Positions 26,971 to 36,584 are shown, counted from the first letter of the stretch. The stretch is 51,939 nt of DNA from Desulfatiglandales bacterium (GCA_030145585.1 JAQYVK010000191.1:1-51939); one strand, 5' to 3'. Numbers and translations: made by a program. Notes: generated by a model from the letters alone, not told the origin.

Positions 26971-28112
26971 TAATCGAACATAGCGATAAACATCCCCGCC
27001 GCCGCAGCTGAACCGATGACGCCCGCGAGATTCGGCCCCATGGCATGCATTAAGAGATGGTTGGTCTTATCGTACTTTAGGCCTTGTACTTGAGACACCC
27101 TCGCGGCCATGGGCACGGCCGAAACGCCGGCTGAACCGATCAACGGATTGATCTTTTCCTTTAAAAAGAGATTCATGATCTTAACGGTTAAAATCCCCCC
27201 CATCGTACAGACTCCAAAATCGACGAGGCCCAAGCTGAAGATGAACAGGGGCTTCCAGCTCAAAAAATTATCTGCGTGCATGGTAGCGCCCACAGAAATC
27301 CCTAGGAATATAGTCACGATGTTCATCAGGGAGCCCTGGGCGGTATCGGTCAGCCTGCCGACCACGCCGCTCTCTTTCATGAGGTTTCCGAGCATAAACA
27401 TACCCATGAGAGGGATGACCGAAGGCACCAGGAGTGCGATGATACCCGCCGTTACCAAGGGAAAGAGCATCTTTTCTGTACTCGACACCGGCCGCAACTG
27501 GTGCATCCGAATCTTTCTCTCTTCCACATTTGTAAATAACCGCATGAGACCGGGTTGGATGAGGGGGACCATGGCCATATAAGAGTAGGCTGCAAGGGCA
27601 TTAGGCCCTAACAACTGTGGGGCAAGATGCTGGGTGAGATAAATGGTGGTTGGACCATCAGCCCCCCCTATGATGCCCACGGAAGCAGCCTCTTTCAAGG
27701 TAAAACCTGCGAGTATGGTGCCGGTAAATGTGATAAAAACCCCCAATTGGGCCCCGGCCCCAACGAGCAGGGTCTTTGGGTTGGCGATTAGAGGACCAAA
27801 GTCGGTCATAGCGCCCAGCCCCAGGAAAATGATACATGGAATAACCTCCCATTCGAGACCGTAGTGATAGAATATCTGCAACAGTTGAGCATGCCCATGG
27901 GAGTATCCCATGAGGGGGACGAGGGGGAAGTTAACGATGAAGATCCCAAAGCCGATTGGAAGAAGCAGGAGTGGTTCATACTTTTTGGCAATGGCGAGAT
28001 ACATGAAAAGACCACCCACCGCCCACATGATGATCAGTTTAAACTGGAAATTGAACACACCCGTTGTGTGAAGAATGCCGTTAAGCATGTCCATAATCTC
28101 ATTTATTGTCAT
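26970..28112 (-). CDS. sodium ion-translocating decarboxylase beta subunit (OadB/MmdB/GcdB family)
   Basis: 380-aa polytopic membrane protein. The N-terminus (FQFKLIIMWAVGGLFMYLAIAKKYEPLLLLPIGFG) and the conserved IIGGADGPT and SAVPMAARV motifs fit this family. Confidence 0.9.
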   Translation of the reverse strand: MTINEIMDMLNGILHTTGVFNFQFKLIIMWAVGGLFMYLAIAKKYEPLLLLPIGFGIFIVNFPLVPLMGYSHGHAQLLQIFYHYGLEWEVIPCIIFLGLGAMTDFGPLIANPKTLLVGAGAQLGVFITFTGTILAGFTLKEAASVGIIGGADGPTTIYLTQHLAPQLLGPNALAAYSYMAMVPLIQPGLMRLFTNVEERKIRMHQLRPVSSTEKMLFPLVTAGIIALLVPSVIPLMGMFMLGNLMKESGVVGRLTDTAQGSLMNIVTIFLGISVGATMHADNFLSWKPLFIFSLGLVDFGVCTMGGILTVKIMNLFLKEKINPLIGSAGVSAVPMAARVSQVQGLKYDKTNHLLMHAMGPNLAGVIGSAAAAGMFIAMFD

Positions 28113-28525
28113 AATCTGTTACTCCGGACATGAATTGAATTCTGTCATGATGAACCCCGACCGAAGGTCGAGGTTCATTGATATCCTTACAGAAAGCTTA
28201 ATTGAGTAAGGAAAGCCTGAAAAAGCCCCATAAGTTTGGTGGCTCACACCCTCAAACACTCATGTTGGCCGTTCATCCCTGTGCACAGCTCGGAGAATCT
28301 GGCTTTTTCACATTGATATCATTTCCCCTGACAGTGACAATGTGGCTATAATATTGCTAAGATATTTTGTCAAGGATAAATGATTGGAATTTAACAATTC
28401 CTTTGACAGTGCTCTGATTCATAAACTACCCTGACCGATGATGATCCAAAATTCAGGATTGAGAAGAGTTATGCCCCTAAAGCTCTTCTGCTTCTTCAAT
28501 ATAAAAAATTTTTGGAGGAAGGAAT

Positions 28526-30202
28526 ATGTCTGAGAAAAATCCTGACCGATCTTTGAGGGAAAAGTTTGAGGACTGGTCCGGAAAGGTGGAAAAAGGGCTA
28601 TCAAAGAGACCGGAACGGAAGGAAGCCTTTGTGAACTCCTCAGGAATTCCTATAAAACGACTGTACACACCGTTGGACAATGTGGAAATCGATTATCCCT
28701 CAGACCTCGGCTTCCCCGGTGAATACCCTTTTACCAGGGGCGTGCAACCGACCATGTACCGAGGTCGATATTGGACAATGCGTCAGTACGCAGGATTTGC
28801 CACGGCGGAGGAATCCAACAAACGCTACAAATTTCTCCTTGAGCAGGGTCAGACAGGCCTCTCCGTCGCTTTCGACCTCCCAACTCAGATAGGCTTTGAT
28901 TCCGACCATGAAATGGCCATGGGCGAAGTGGGAAAAGTGGGGGTGGCCGTGTCGTCCCTCAGGGATATGGAGACCCTTTTTCAGGGGATCCCTCTTGACA
29001 AGGTCAGCACCTCGATGACGATCAATGCACCCGCCGCCGTCTTGCTGGCCATGTATCTGGCTGTCGCCGAACAGCAGGGTGTGGCCTATGAACATTTAAA
29101 GGGCACGATCCAGAATGATATATTAAAGGAGTATTCTTCCAGAGGGACCTACATTTTCCCCCCAATCCCCTCCATGCGCATCATGACCGATATATTCGCT
29201 TTTTGCTCCCGCAATGTTCCCCAGTGGAACACAATCAGCATCAGCGGGTACCATATCAGAGAAGCAGGTTCTACTGCTGTCCAGGAGTTGGCCTTCACCC
29301 TGGCCAATGGCATAGCCTACGTAGAAGCTGCATTGAACGCGGGGTTGGATGTGGATACTTTTGGGCCAAGGATTTCATTCTTTTTTAATGCGCACTTGGA
29401 TATCTTTGAAGAGGTGGCTAAATTCAGGGCAGCAAGGCGCCTTTGGGCCAAGATCATGAAAGAGAGATTCCAGGCGAAAAACCCGAAGTCCATGATGGTC
29501 CGCTTCCATACCCAGACTGCTGGATGTACCTTGACCGCCCAACAACCGACCAACAATATCGTCCGTGTGGCCTTTCAGGCGCTGGCAGCCGTGCTGGGAG
29601 GGACCCAGTCGCTCCATACGAATTCCATGGATGAAGCCTTGAGCCTGCCTTCGGAAGAGGCCGTACAGACAGCCCTTCGAACTCAGCAGTTGATCGCATA
29701 TGAGACCGGCGTCTCTGATACGACGGATCCCTTGGCGGGGTCTTATTATGTTGAAAAACTCACCAAGGAGATCTGCCAAAGGGTGGAAGCTTACATCCAA
29801 ACCATTGATAACATGGGTGGGGCCCCTGTGGCTATCGAACAGGGTTATATTCAGAAGGAGATCCAGGAGAGCGCCTATACATACCAGCGTGAGATAGAAC
29901 AAGAAGAAAGGGCTGTTGTCGGGGTGAATCGATTTCAGATCCAGGATGAAAAGCCCAACAATCTTTTGAGGGTAGATCCGGCCGTTCGATTCTCCCAGAT
30001 AGAAAGGCTCAAGCAGCTGAAGGCTGAAAGGGACCACGACAGGGTGAAAAACAGTCTGGCGGAATTAAAAAAAGTGGCTGAGAGTGACGAGAACCTGATG
30101 ATTCCTATCCTGGATGCCGTGAAGGCGTATGCCACGCTTGGAGAGATCTGTGATGTCCTCAGGGAGGTCTTTGGGGAGTACCGGCAGGTCACAACCTTTT
30201 GA
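28526..30202 (+). CDS. methylmalonyl-CoA mutase family, large catalytic (TIM-barrel) subunit
   Basis: 558 aa with [59 protein letters not shown]. It lacks the B12 domain, which the next gene encodes. Confidence 0.9.
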   Translation: MSEKNPDRSLREKFEDWSGKVEKGLSKRPERKEAFVNSSGIPIKRLYTPLDNVEIDYPSDLGFPGEYPFTRGVQPTMYRGRYWTMRQYAGFATAEESNKRYKFLLEQGQTGLSVAFDLPTQIGFDSDHEMAMGEVGKVGVAVSSLRDMETLFQGIPLDKVSTSMTINAPAAVLLAMYLAVAEQQGVAYEHLKGTIQNDILKEYSSRGTYIFPPIPSMRIMTDIFAFCSRNVPQWNTISISGYHIREAGSTAVQELAFTLANGIAYVEAALNAGLDVDTFGPRISFFFNAHLDIFEEVAKFRAARRLWAKIMKERFQAKNPKSMMVRFHTQTAGCTLTAQQPTNNIVRVAFQALAAVLGGTQSLHTNSMDEALSLPSEEAVQTALRTQQLIAYETGVSDTTDPLAGSYYVEKLTKEICQRVEAYIQTIDNMGGAPVAIEQGYIQKEIQESAYTYQREIEQEERAVVGVNRFQIQDEKPNNLLRVDPAVRFSQIERLKQLKAERDHDRVKNSLAELKKVAESDENLMIPILDAVKAYATLGEICDVLREVFGEYRQVTTF

Positions 30203-30256
30203 TTACTGACACTATCGTCATGTATCAATGAGTTATGTGGATATGGAGAGTTTGAC

Positions 30257-30658
30257 ATGAAAGCAAAGAGAAAGATCAGGGTGTTGGCGGCCAAACCGGG
30301 ACTTGACGGACATGACAGGGGGATCAAGGTGGTTGCGAGTGCCTTGATGGATGCCGGGATGGAAGTAATCTACACCGGTTTGAGACAGACCCCACAGCAA
30401 ATCGTTGAGTCGGCTATCCAGGAAGACGTGGATGTGATCGCCATGAGTATCCTCTCAGGCGCTCACGATTACCTGTTTCCGAAAGTGATGGAACTCCTGA
30501 GAGAAAAGGGCGTCGAGGACATCCTTGTCCTTGGCGGAGGTATTATACCGGAGGAAGATATTCCCATCTTGAGGGAAGCCGGCATCGCAGAAATCTTTGG
30601 CCCAGGGACAAAGACGAAGGAGATTGTGCGTTTTATCGAAGATAAAACGCAGGTCTAA
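30257..30658 (+). CDS. methylmalonyl-CoA mutase small subunit, cobalamin-binding domain
   Basis: 133 aa with the DxHxxG B12-binding motif (LDGHDRG) and GGGIIP. Confidence 0.9.
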   Translation: MKAKRKIRVLAAKPGLDGHDRGIKVVASALMDAGMEVIYTGLRQTPQQIVESAIQEDVDVIAMSILSGAHDYLFPKVMELLREKGVEDILVLGGGIIPEEDIPILREAGIAEIFGPGTKTKEIVRFIEDKTQV

Positions 30659-30820
30659 GGTGTAAGGTATACGGTATACGGTCCTCATCCTTGAGTTCAG
30701 GGCCAAAAAGACCCTTCACCCTATATCCGTTACCTTAAACCGTGCACCGTATACCTTATACCGCTCTTTCATTCCGTATACCCTACACCCTGCATCGTGT
30801 ACCGTTTTTTACCGTATACC
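30657..30820. repeat. inverted heptamer arrays: (A[AC]GGT[AG]T) x4 at 30657-30684 and a degenerate (ACCGTAT-like) array at about 30737-30820
   Basis: Left arm reads aaggtgt aaggtat acggtat acggtcc and starts inside the stop codon of the mutase small subunit. Right arm reads aaaccgt gcaccgt atacctt ataccgc ... ccgtata ccctaca ccctgca tcgtgta ccgtttt ttaccgtatacc. The arms are complementary: the reverse complement of the left arm is ccgtataccgtataccttacacc. Confidence 0.6.
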
Positions 30821-30826
30821 ACTCTC

Positions 30827-30870
30827 TAAAAAAAAAGGCAGGTGGGATAAAGTCCCAACCTGCCTTTTAA
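30827..30870. terminator. bidirectional rho-independent terminator between convergent operons
   Basis: The stem pairs GGCAGGTGGGA (30837-30847) with TCCCAACCTGCC (30853-30864): 11 bp with one bulge and a 5-nt loop. It is flanked by an A-run (30828-30836) and TTTT (30865-30868). Confidence 0.7.
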
Positions 30871-30891
30871 AAGAACCGAGTGTATTAAGGA

Positions 30892-32046
30892 TTATTCTTT
30901 CGGTTTCCCCATCACTTCCGCGAACATGTCCATATCCCAATCCTTTGCTTCTGCAATGTTTTGGCGGAATTTAATAAAGTCTATGGTGTCCTGACCCGTT
31001 ATCTTTTTGGTGTTGAAGGCTCCGAAGCCCAGGAACGCCTCACCGCCCATGTTGGCGGCCAACCAATGCCTGTGGGCATTCTTCATGGTATCCCAGAAGA
31101 ATTTCTTCTTCTGCCGGATACTGTCTATAGACTCGATCAGACAACCGGGGAACAGGTTAGCGAAGGTCCAAACGATTTTGTCCACTTCCTTATCCAGAAG
31201 TTCGAAATCGGCATTGGGCTGATGTTCCTTGACAAAGGCGCGCGCCTCTTTGGCATCGTCCCCGCCTTTGTATTCGCCATAAACGATCTCACCGTCATCC
31301 ACGTATTTATCCGTAACGATCATGGGATTCCTGACCCATTTCCCATCCACTTTTAAGACCGGAACGACTTTGCTGATCAAGTTCTTGAGCTTCATTTTGT
31401 ACGCCGACCACATTTCACAGGAAATACAGTTCCACATGGCGTCTTCAACGCTGAGGTACCAGGGCAGAAAATCGGAGGCACCGCCGACCGGGGCGGAGCC
31501 ATGCTTGGGACCGGCCTGTCCGAAGATGGCCAGGTCTGACGAAAGGGCAAGATCGCACGCCATGCCGATTTCCTGTCCGCCGGCGACTCTCATGCCGTTG
31601 ACCCTGCAAATGACCGGCTTCTTGCACGCTAGAATGGAATCGACCATGTGGTTAAAAAGCTCCATGTACTGGCCGTACTCATCTGATCGCCTGCTGTAAA
31701 ATTCGCTATATTCCTTGGTGTTACCCCCCGTGCAAAAGGCATAGGGGCCGGTTCCAGTAAAAACCGTCGCCACAACGCTTCTGTCAAGGGAAGAATTCTC
31801 AAAACCGGCAATGACCCCTTTGACCATCTCTGTGGTGTAGGAGTTGTATTGCCGTGGGTTGTTCAACCGAATCCAGGACACGTAAAGCCCGTCCACCACA
31901 TTACCCTTTGGGTCTGTCAGGGGCTTTTTTTCATAAACCACACAGGGGGCTTCGGTCCCCCAATTTTCATCCGTGTGTAATGCGTGATCCTTTATTTCAT
32001 CGTCTCTGGGCATCCACTCTAAAGCCATAATGTTTTCCTCCTTCAT
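30892..32046 (-). CDS. bamA: 6-oxocyclohex-1-ene-1-carbonyl-CoA hydrolase (ring-cleaving enzyme of anaerobic benzoyl-CoA degradation; BamA/Oah/BzdY)
   Basis: 384-aa crotonase-superfamily protein. The N-terminus ALEWMPRDDEIKDHALHTDENWGTEAPCVVYEKKP and the internal CTGGNTKEY...NGMRVAGGQEIGMACD...FGQAGPKHGSAPVGGASDFLP closely match what I recall of BamA/Oah sequences. The ATG at 32025 (MALEW) is an alternative start. Confidence 0.85.
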   Translation of the reverse strand: MKEENIMALEWMPRDDEIKDHALHTDENWGTEAPCVVYEKKPLTDPKGNVVDGLYVSWIRLNNPRQYNSYTTEMVKGVIAGFENSSLDRSVVATVFTGTGPYAFCTGGNTKEYSEFYSRRSDEYGQYMELFNHMVDSILACKKPVICRVNGMRVAGGQEIGMACDLALSSDLAIFGQAGPKHGSAPVGGASDFLPWYLSVEDAMWNCISCEMWSAYKMKLKNLISKVVPVLKVDGKWVRNPMIVTDKYVDDGEIVYGEYKGGDDAKEARAFVKEHQPNADFELLDKEVDKIVWTFANLFPGCLIESIDSIRQKKKFFWDTMKNAHRHWLAANMGGEAFLGFGAFNTKKITGQDTIDFIKFRQNIAEAKDWDMDMFAEVMGKPKE

Positions 32047-32096
32047 GTTATCTAGTTTAATGGTTCAATGGCTGACGTTTAAGCTCAGCCACCTGC

Positions 32097-33203
32097 TTAA
32101 AAATCCGGCGTAAGGACAATCCGTCTTGCGGGAGACGTGCTGTGAGCCTCCTCAAAGGTCTCCACAATGGTGCTCATGGGTCTGGTCTCGACAAAGGCTT
32201 CGATATCAATTTTCTTGTCTATTACCATATCGAGTACGGCCGGATAATATTCCGGGAGACATCCCCAGGTCCCTAGGATATCAGCGTCGAACGCCATAAG
32301 ACGCCCCATGGCGTATTCTGTCTTTGCCATCCCGAATCCCACCACAATCAATTTTGAAATAAAACTGACCAGCGCAAGGGCGATTTCCTGACCCCCTTTA
32401 GCACCAGTCACCTCAAAAATTTTCCAACCGAAAGCTGACAGGCCGTTTTCCTTGCAATAGCCCTTGAATTCACCCGAGACCGCTTTTGCATCCTTGTCCT
32501 TTGAGTTGATGCAAAAATCGGCACCGAACTTCAGGGCCCTGTCGAGTTTTTCCTGATTTCGGGCGATGCCAATCACCCTTCTTGCGCCCAGGGCCTTGGC
32601 CATCTGCCCCATATACTGGCCCACACCGCCTGTGATCCCGATGACCACAACATTGTCGCCCGGCTGCAGATCGGCCCGCTTAGCCGCCTGGTACGGGGTG
32701 GTCGCGGCATCGGCAACCACGGCAAGATGGGCAAGAGGGATATCTCCCCGGTCTTTCACTTCGCAAAGATCTATGCTTGGGACAGGGATGTGACTCGAAA
32801 ACCCCCCGTATGGGCCGAGGCTATTACCCGGCATCTTCTGGCCGAGACATCGGTTACCACGACCTGTCTTACACAAGATACAGGTCCTGTCAGGCATGAC
32901 CGCCGGTACAATAACTTCCTTCCCAATCCAGGGTTCGTCTCCGGCAACAACTGTCCCGGAAATCTCATGCCCCAGAGTGAGGGGCGGTTTCGATACGGTG
33001 GGAACCCCATCATAAAAGTACCCCAAGTCTGTGTGACACACACCACAGCCCGCGACCTCCACCAGGACCTCGCCCGGTTTTAGGTCGGGTACTGGTATTT
33101 CTGTCTTTTCAATCTTGCCCGGTGTGGTTTCCTTGGTTTCCCTGTTAAAGGTTGTTGGTTGAACCATCTGCCAGGTCAAGATCTTGTTCGGTATTGATCC
33201 CAT
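32097..33203 (-). CDS. had: Zn-dependent alcohol dehydrogenase family; likely 6-hydroxycyclohex-1-ene-1-carbonyl-CoA dehydrogenase (Had/BamQ)
   Basis: 368 aa with the MDR zinc motif (GCGVCHTDLGYF) and a Rossmann motif (VIGITGGVGQ). It lies directly upstream of bamA, as in known had-oah pairs. The specific substrate assignment rests on context. Confidence 0.7.
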   Translation of the reverse strand: MGSIPNKILTWQMVQPTTFNRETKETTPGKIEKTEIPVPDLKPGEVLVEVAGCGVCHTDLGYFYDGVPTVSKPPLTLGHEISGTVVAGDEPWIGKEVIVPAVMPDRTCILCKTGRGNRCLGQKMPGNSLGPYGGFSSHIPVPSIDLCEVKDRGDIPLAHLAVVADAATTPYQAAKRADLQPGDNVVVIGITGGVGQYMGQMAKALGARRVIGIARNQEKLDRALKFGADFCINSKDKDAKAVSGEFKGYCKENGLSAFGWKIFEVTGAKGGQEIALALVSFISKLIVVGFGMAKTEYAMGRLMAFDADILGTWGCLPEYYPAVLDMVIDKKIDIEAFVETRPMSTIVETFEEAHSTSPARRIVLTPDF

Positions 33204-33252
33204 TTTATCCTCCTTCTTCTCATTTAGATTATCGTTTCTTTGACGGGTTGAA

Positions 33253-34005
33253 TCAAATCATCCCGTAACCCCCGTCCACGCAGAGGAGTTGACCGGTGAT
33301 ATAATTACCCTCGTCGGAAGCAAGAAAGATAAAGGCGGGTGCGATATCATCAGGCTCTGCGAATCTTTTCAGTAATATCCTATTCATGTAAATGTCACGG
33401 AGTTTTTCATCCGTCGTTATCTTTTCCGACATATCTGTCGCTACGATGCCCAAAGAGATCACATTCGCACAGACATTATAACGGGCCAGTTCCCTGGCGA
33501 TGGATTTTGTCATACTGAGGACGCCACCTTTTGCTGCGCTGTAGTTGATCTGGCCGACGGTACCCACCAGTCCTGCAACCGACATCACGTTAATAATTTT
33601 GCCCCCCTTTTGTTCTTTCATTTGATTCCCGGCCGCCTGAGAGCAGAGAAAGGCGCCCTTCAAATGGATATCCACCACCTGATCCCATTGCTCCTCCGTC
33701 ATCTTGAGCATCATGGCGGGGCGGGTAAAGCCGGCATTGTTTACCAGGATGTCGAGCCCCCCGAATGTCTCGATCGCAGCTGCAACGAGATGGTCCGCAT
33801 CCGCTTTCTTCGAGACGTCCGCTTTGACCGCGATGGCCTTGGTTCCCATCGACTGAAGTGCTTCGACCACTTCATTAGCGGCCTTTTCATTGGACGTGTA
33901 ATTGACCACGACCTTTGCCCCTTCCTTACCGTAGCTGAGTGCGACAGCCCTCCCAACGCCTCGACTGCTGCCGGTGACCAAAGCTATTTTATCTTTAAGT
34001 CTCAT
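33253..34005 (-). CDS. short-chain dehydrogenase/reductase (FabG-like 3-oxoacyl / 3-hydroxyacyl reductase)
   Basis: 250 aa with TGSSRGVGRA, NNAG and YSAAKGG motifs. It is the first gene of the SDR-had-bamA transcription unit. Confidence 0.85.
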   Translation of the reverse strand: MRLKDKIALVTGSSRGVGRAVALSYGKEGAKVVVNYTSNEKAANEVVEALQSMGTKAIAVKADVSKKADADHLVAAAIETFGGLDILVNNAGFTRPAMMLKMTEEQWDQVVDIHLKGAFLCSQAAGNQMKEQKGGKIINVMSVAGLVGTVGQINYSAAKGGVLSMTKSIARELARYNVCANVISLGIVATDMSEKITTDEKLRDIYMNRILLKRFAEPDDIAPAFIFLASDEGNYITGQLLCVDGGYGMI

Positions 34006-34072
34006 AAGTTACACCCTTTTTCTGTGTTTCTTTAGAGTTGATGGATACAGATTGAACGGCCAACAATATGAA

Positions 34073-34105
34073 TACATTATAACTACATTATAGTTACATT
34101 ATAGT
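34073..34105. repeat. 11-bp tandem repeat x3 (ACATTATA[AG][CT]T)
   Basis: The sequence reads acattataact acattatagtt acattatagtt. It lies in the divergent promoter region between the SDR gene and rlpA. Confidence 0.7.
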
Positions 34106-34321
34106 TATGGGCCAAATGTAAAAAAACCTTTGACGCTTGTCAAGTAAAATTGAGAAAATCCCCTCCAAAAGAGTTGAAATGGCTCTTTTTTAACCACTCA
34201 CTGGGAGCCCCCCCCTGAAAAGAATTGAAACTTGTTGAATAAAACCACTATTTTGTTAATATGAATTCTTTTGTTACAAACCTGAACAAAGTCGAATACC
34301 CCCTCCCAATGTTATGGGCTT

Positions 34322-35104
34322 ATGAAAAGACTTTTATTCCTCTTTTTAATGTTGATATTTTTTCTTCCTGCCTGCTCGCGCCAGGTCTACCACATCAAAG
34401 GCCCTGCAAAATCCACCAAAGTTGCTGTTCTACCCGAAAGTGAGAAGGGCAAGCTGCCGGCACCCTATGAGGTTTTTGGAAAGCGTTACTATCCCTTGCC
34501 AAGTGCCTATGGGTTTACACAGACCGGGAAGGCCTCATGGTATGGGAAAAAGTTCCACGGCCGAACCACCGCCAACGGTGAAACATATGATATGTACGGG
34601 AAAAGCGCGGCCCACAAGACCCTCCCTTTTGACACCTATGTGAAGGTTATTAACCTCTCAAACGGAAAAATAACCATCGTACGCATTAATGATCGAGGAC
34701 CTTTTGTCAAAGAAAGGATCATCGATCTTTCATATACGGCTGCAAAGGAAATCGATTTGATTGGTGCCGGTGTAAATGACGTCAAGGTCATTGCCCTCGC
34801 TCGAGAAGTTGGTAAAACCAAACCAGAGAATGGGTCCAAACCTCTCGTAGAGATAACGGATCTGGAAAGTGGAGAATTCACGATCCAGGTGGGCGCCTTT
34901 CAGGATAAAAATAATGCGGAACAGATTGCAGAACGCCTGAAGGTTATTTATAGCTTTGTTCAGGTGACAGCCTATGTGGATGACAAACGACGGACCCTTT
35001 ATAGGGTACACGCCTCAAAATCAAAGACATTGGCTCAGGCGGAAAAGATAGAAAAAAAGTTGGAGGAAATGGGTTTCAAGGCCGCATTCATTGTGAGGAT
35101 ATAG
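34322..35104 (+). CDS. rlpA: septal ring lytic transglycosylase RlpA-family lipoprotein with C-terminal SPOR domain
   Basis: It has a lipobox (FFLPAC), a DPBB domain ([21 protein letters not shown]...VRINDRGPF) and a SPOR domain ([18 protein letters not shown]...). Confidence 0.85.
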   Translation: MKRLLFLFLMLIFFLPACSRQVYHIKGPAKSTKVAVLPESEKGKLPAPYEVFGKRYYPLPSAYGFTQTGKASWYGKKFHGRTTANGETYDMYGKSAAHKTLPFDTYVKVINLSNGKITIVRINDRGPFVKERIIDLSYTAAKEIDLIGAGVNDVKVIALAREVGKTKPENGSKPLVEITDLESGEFTIQVGAFQDKNNAEQIAERLKVIYSFVQVTAYVDDKRRTLYRVHASKSKTLAQAEKIEKKLEEMGFKAAFIVRI

Positions 35105-35387
35105 AACCTTCGTTTATTTTCTTTCGAAGCACCCCGGAAGTCTTGAAAACAACAACTCTCCTTGCCCTTAAGTGAAGATCCTCAGTGGTTTGAGGGTTCC
35201 TTCCTCTTCTGGCTGATTTCCCTTTTACCACGAATTTACCGAAACCACTAATGAGGAGGTCTTCTCCCTTCGCAAGGGTCGTCTTTGAAATCTCAAAAAG
35301 CTTTTCTACAACAATTCGAGATTGAGTTTTGCTGAGGCCAACATGATTGTAGATATCATTAATGATCTTCTCTTTAGTCAAGGACAT
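35088..35387 (-). CDS. ihfA: HU/IHF-family DNA-binding protein (integration host factor alpha-like)
   Basis: [13 protein letters not shown]...[37 protein letters not shown]. The ATG at 35387 is preceded by AAGGAGG. The ORF-track start at 35468 is unlikely. The 3' end overlaps the rlpA 3' end by 17 nt (convergent genes). Confidence 0.8.
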   Translation of the reverse strand: MSLTKEKIINDIYNHVGLSKTQSRIVVEKLFEISKTTLAKGEDLLISGFGKFVVKGKSARRGRNPQTTEDLHLRARRVVVFKTSGVLRKKINEGSISSQ

Positions 35388-35532
35388 CTCTGATTCCCCT
35401 CCTTTACCCCTCCCCAAGTCATTGAGTGAAAAACCGGAATGCCCCGTGCTGTATACGGGGTCCTTCACTTAAGGTCGATTAATTTTGCGAGTAATAAATA
35501 TGGCTTATGCCAAAGGCGGTGTCAAGTATTTT

Positions 35533-36018
35533 TTAATAACCGAATTTTTCCTTCAATTTTCTGCACACGCTTGGAGGAACGAGCCCGCTGATGTCCCCGT
35601 TAAAACTTGCGGCCTCTTTGATTATGGTCGAACTGATATAGAACCATTTGTAATCCGTCATTAAGAATATGGATTGAACATCCCGGTTTAATTTCCGGTT
35701 CATGAGGGCCATTTGAAATTCATATTCAAAGTCGGATAGGGCCCTTATCCCTCTCAGGACAACATTTGACTTCTTCTCGATCACATAATCTACCAGCAAC
35801 CCGTCAAAGACATCCACTTCAATATTGGATTTGGATTTCAATACATCCTTAATCATAGCTATTCTTTCCTCAATGGAAAAGAGTGGTTCCTTCTGAGGGT
35901 TGTTCAAAATGGCTATGATTAGTTTATCAAATATTTTCAAAGCCCTATTCACTATACTCAGATGCCCGTTGGTGATTGGATCAAAAGTCCCCGGATACAC
36001 GGCTAATCTTCCACTCAT
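35533..36018 (-). CDS. coaD: pantetheine-phosphate adenylyltransferase
   Basis: 161 aa with AVYPGTFDPITNGHL. It overlaps rsmD by 4 nt. Confidence 0.95.
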   Translation of the reverse strand: MSGRLAVYPGTFDPITNGHLSIVNRALKIFDKLIIAILNNPQKEPLFSIEERIAMIKDVLKSKSNIEVDVFDGLLVDYVIEKKSNVVLRGIRALSDFEYEFQMALMNRKLNRDVQSIFLMTDYKWFYISSTIIKEAASFNGDISGLVPPSVCRKLKEKFGY

Positions 36019-36578
36019 GCCGGCCTCCCATAATGATAGATGTTGATGTTTGTTCCCCCGTAAGTTTTCCTGTTGACGAGTTGAAATGCGCCAAAAGCCT
36101 CTGGCAGTGGATCGATTTGTGATGATTCTGTGACCACAATCGAGGAGGGTGTGAGAACGTTTTTATCAGAAAGCTGCTTTAGAAGGGGTGGAATGAAGGC
36201 TTTCCCGTATGGGGGATCCATAAACACCAGTCCAAACCGCTTTTTGATAAAGGTGCTGTTCCGTGGCAAACCCCTGCCCAGATCTTTCTTCATGATCGAG
36301 CCCAATGCCTCATAGCCGCATCTCTGTAAATTTTTATTGATTAGTTTGATGGCCTTGATTGAATTGTCGATAAACAAAGCCCCAACGGCCCCTCTGCTAA
36401 GGGCTTCAATACCCAGGCTCCCCGTGCCTGCGAACAGATCGAGCACCTCTAATCCGAAGATATCCTGCCCGACCATATTGAAGATGGCTTGTCTTACCAG
36501 ATCTGAACTGGGGCGTATTTGAAGCCCCTTCAAAGAGGCCAGGCGCCGCCCTCTCACCTGACCACTTGTGACTCTCAT
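36015..36578 (-). CDS. rsmD: 16S rRNA (guanine966-N2)-methyltransferase
   Basis: 187 aa with RPSSDLVRQAIFNM, LDLFAGTGSLGIEALSRGA and DPPY. Confidence 0.9.
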   Translation of the reverse strand: MRVTSGQVRGRRLASLKGLQIRPSSDLVRQAIFNMVGQDIFGLEVLDLFAGTGSLGIEALSRGAVGALFIDNSIKAIKLINKNLQRCGYEALGSIMKKDLGRGLPRNSTFIKKRFGLVFMDPPYGKAFIPPLLKQLSDKNVLTPSSIVVTESSQIDPLPEAFGAFQLVNRKTYGGTNINIYHYGRPA

Positions 36579-36584
36579 GGAACA

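Noticed and set aside
28113-28525. Sigma-70 promoters for the divergent decarboxylase-beta and mutase genes (TATAAT at 28347-28352 and TTGACA at 28403-28408), and similarly TTGACA at 23803-23808.
   Set aside because: Each good hexamer lacks a partner hexamer at 16-19-nt spacing. I therefore did not list them as features. The hairpin ATGAACC(C)CGACC-gaa-GGTCG(A)GGTTCAT at about 28149-28179 is noted, but its role is unclear.
29375-30037. 220-aa minus-strand ORF inside the methylmalonyl-CoA mutase large subunit gene. Similar antisense ORFs occur at 7741-8340 and 40706-41248.
   Set aside because: These are shadow ORFs opposite strongly supported CDSs, with no independent evidence.
7413-30820. 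Whether the short tandem arrays could be CRISPR arrays.
   Set aside because: The units are 7-11 nt with no unique spacers between them. The arrays are under 100 bp and no cas genes are present. This is not CRISPR.
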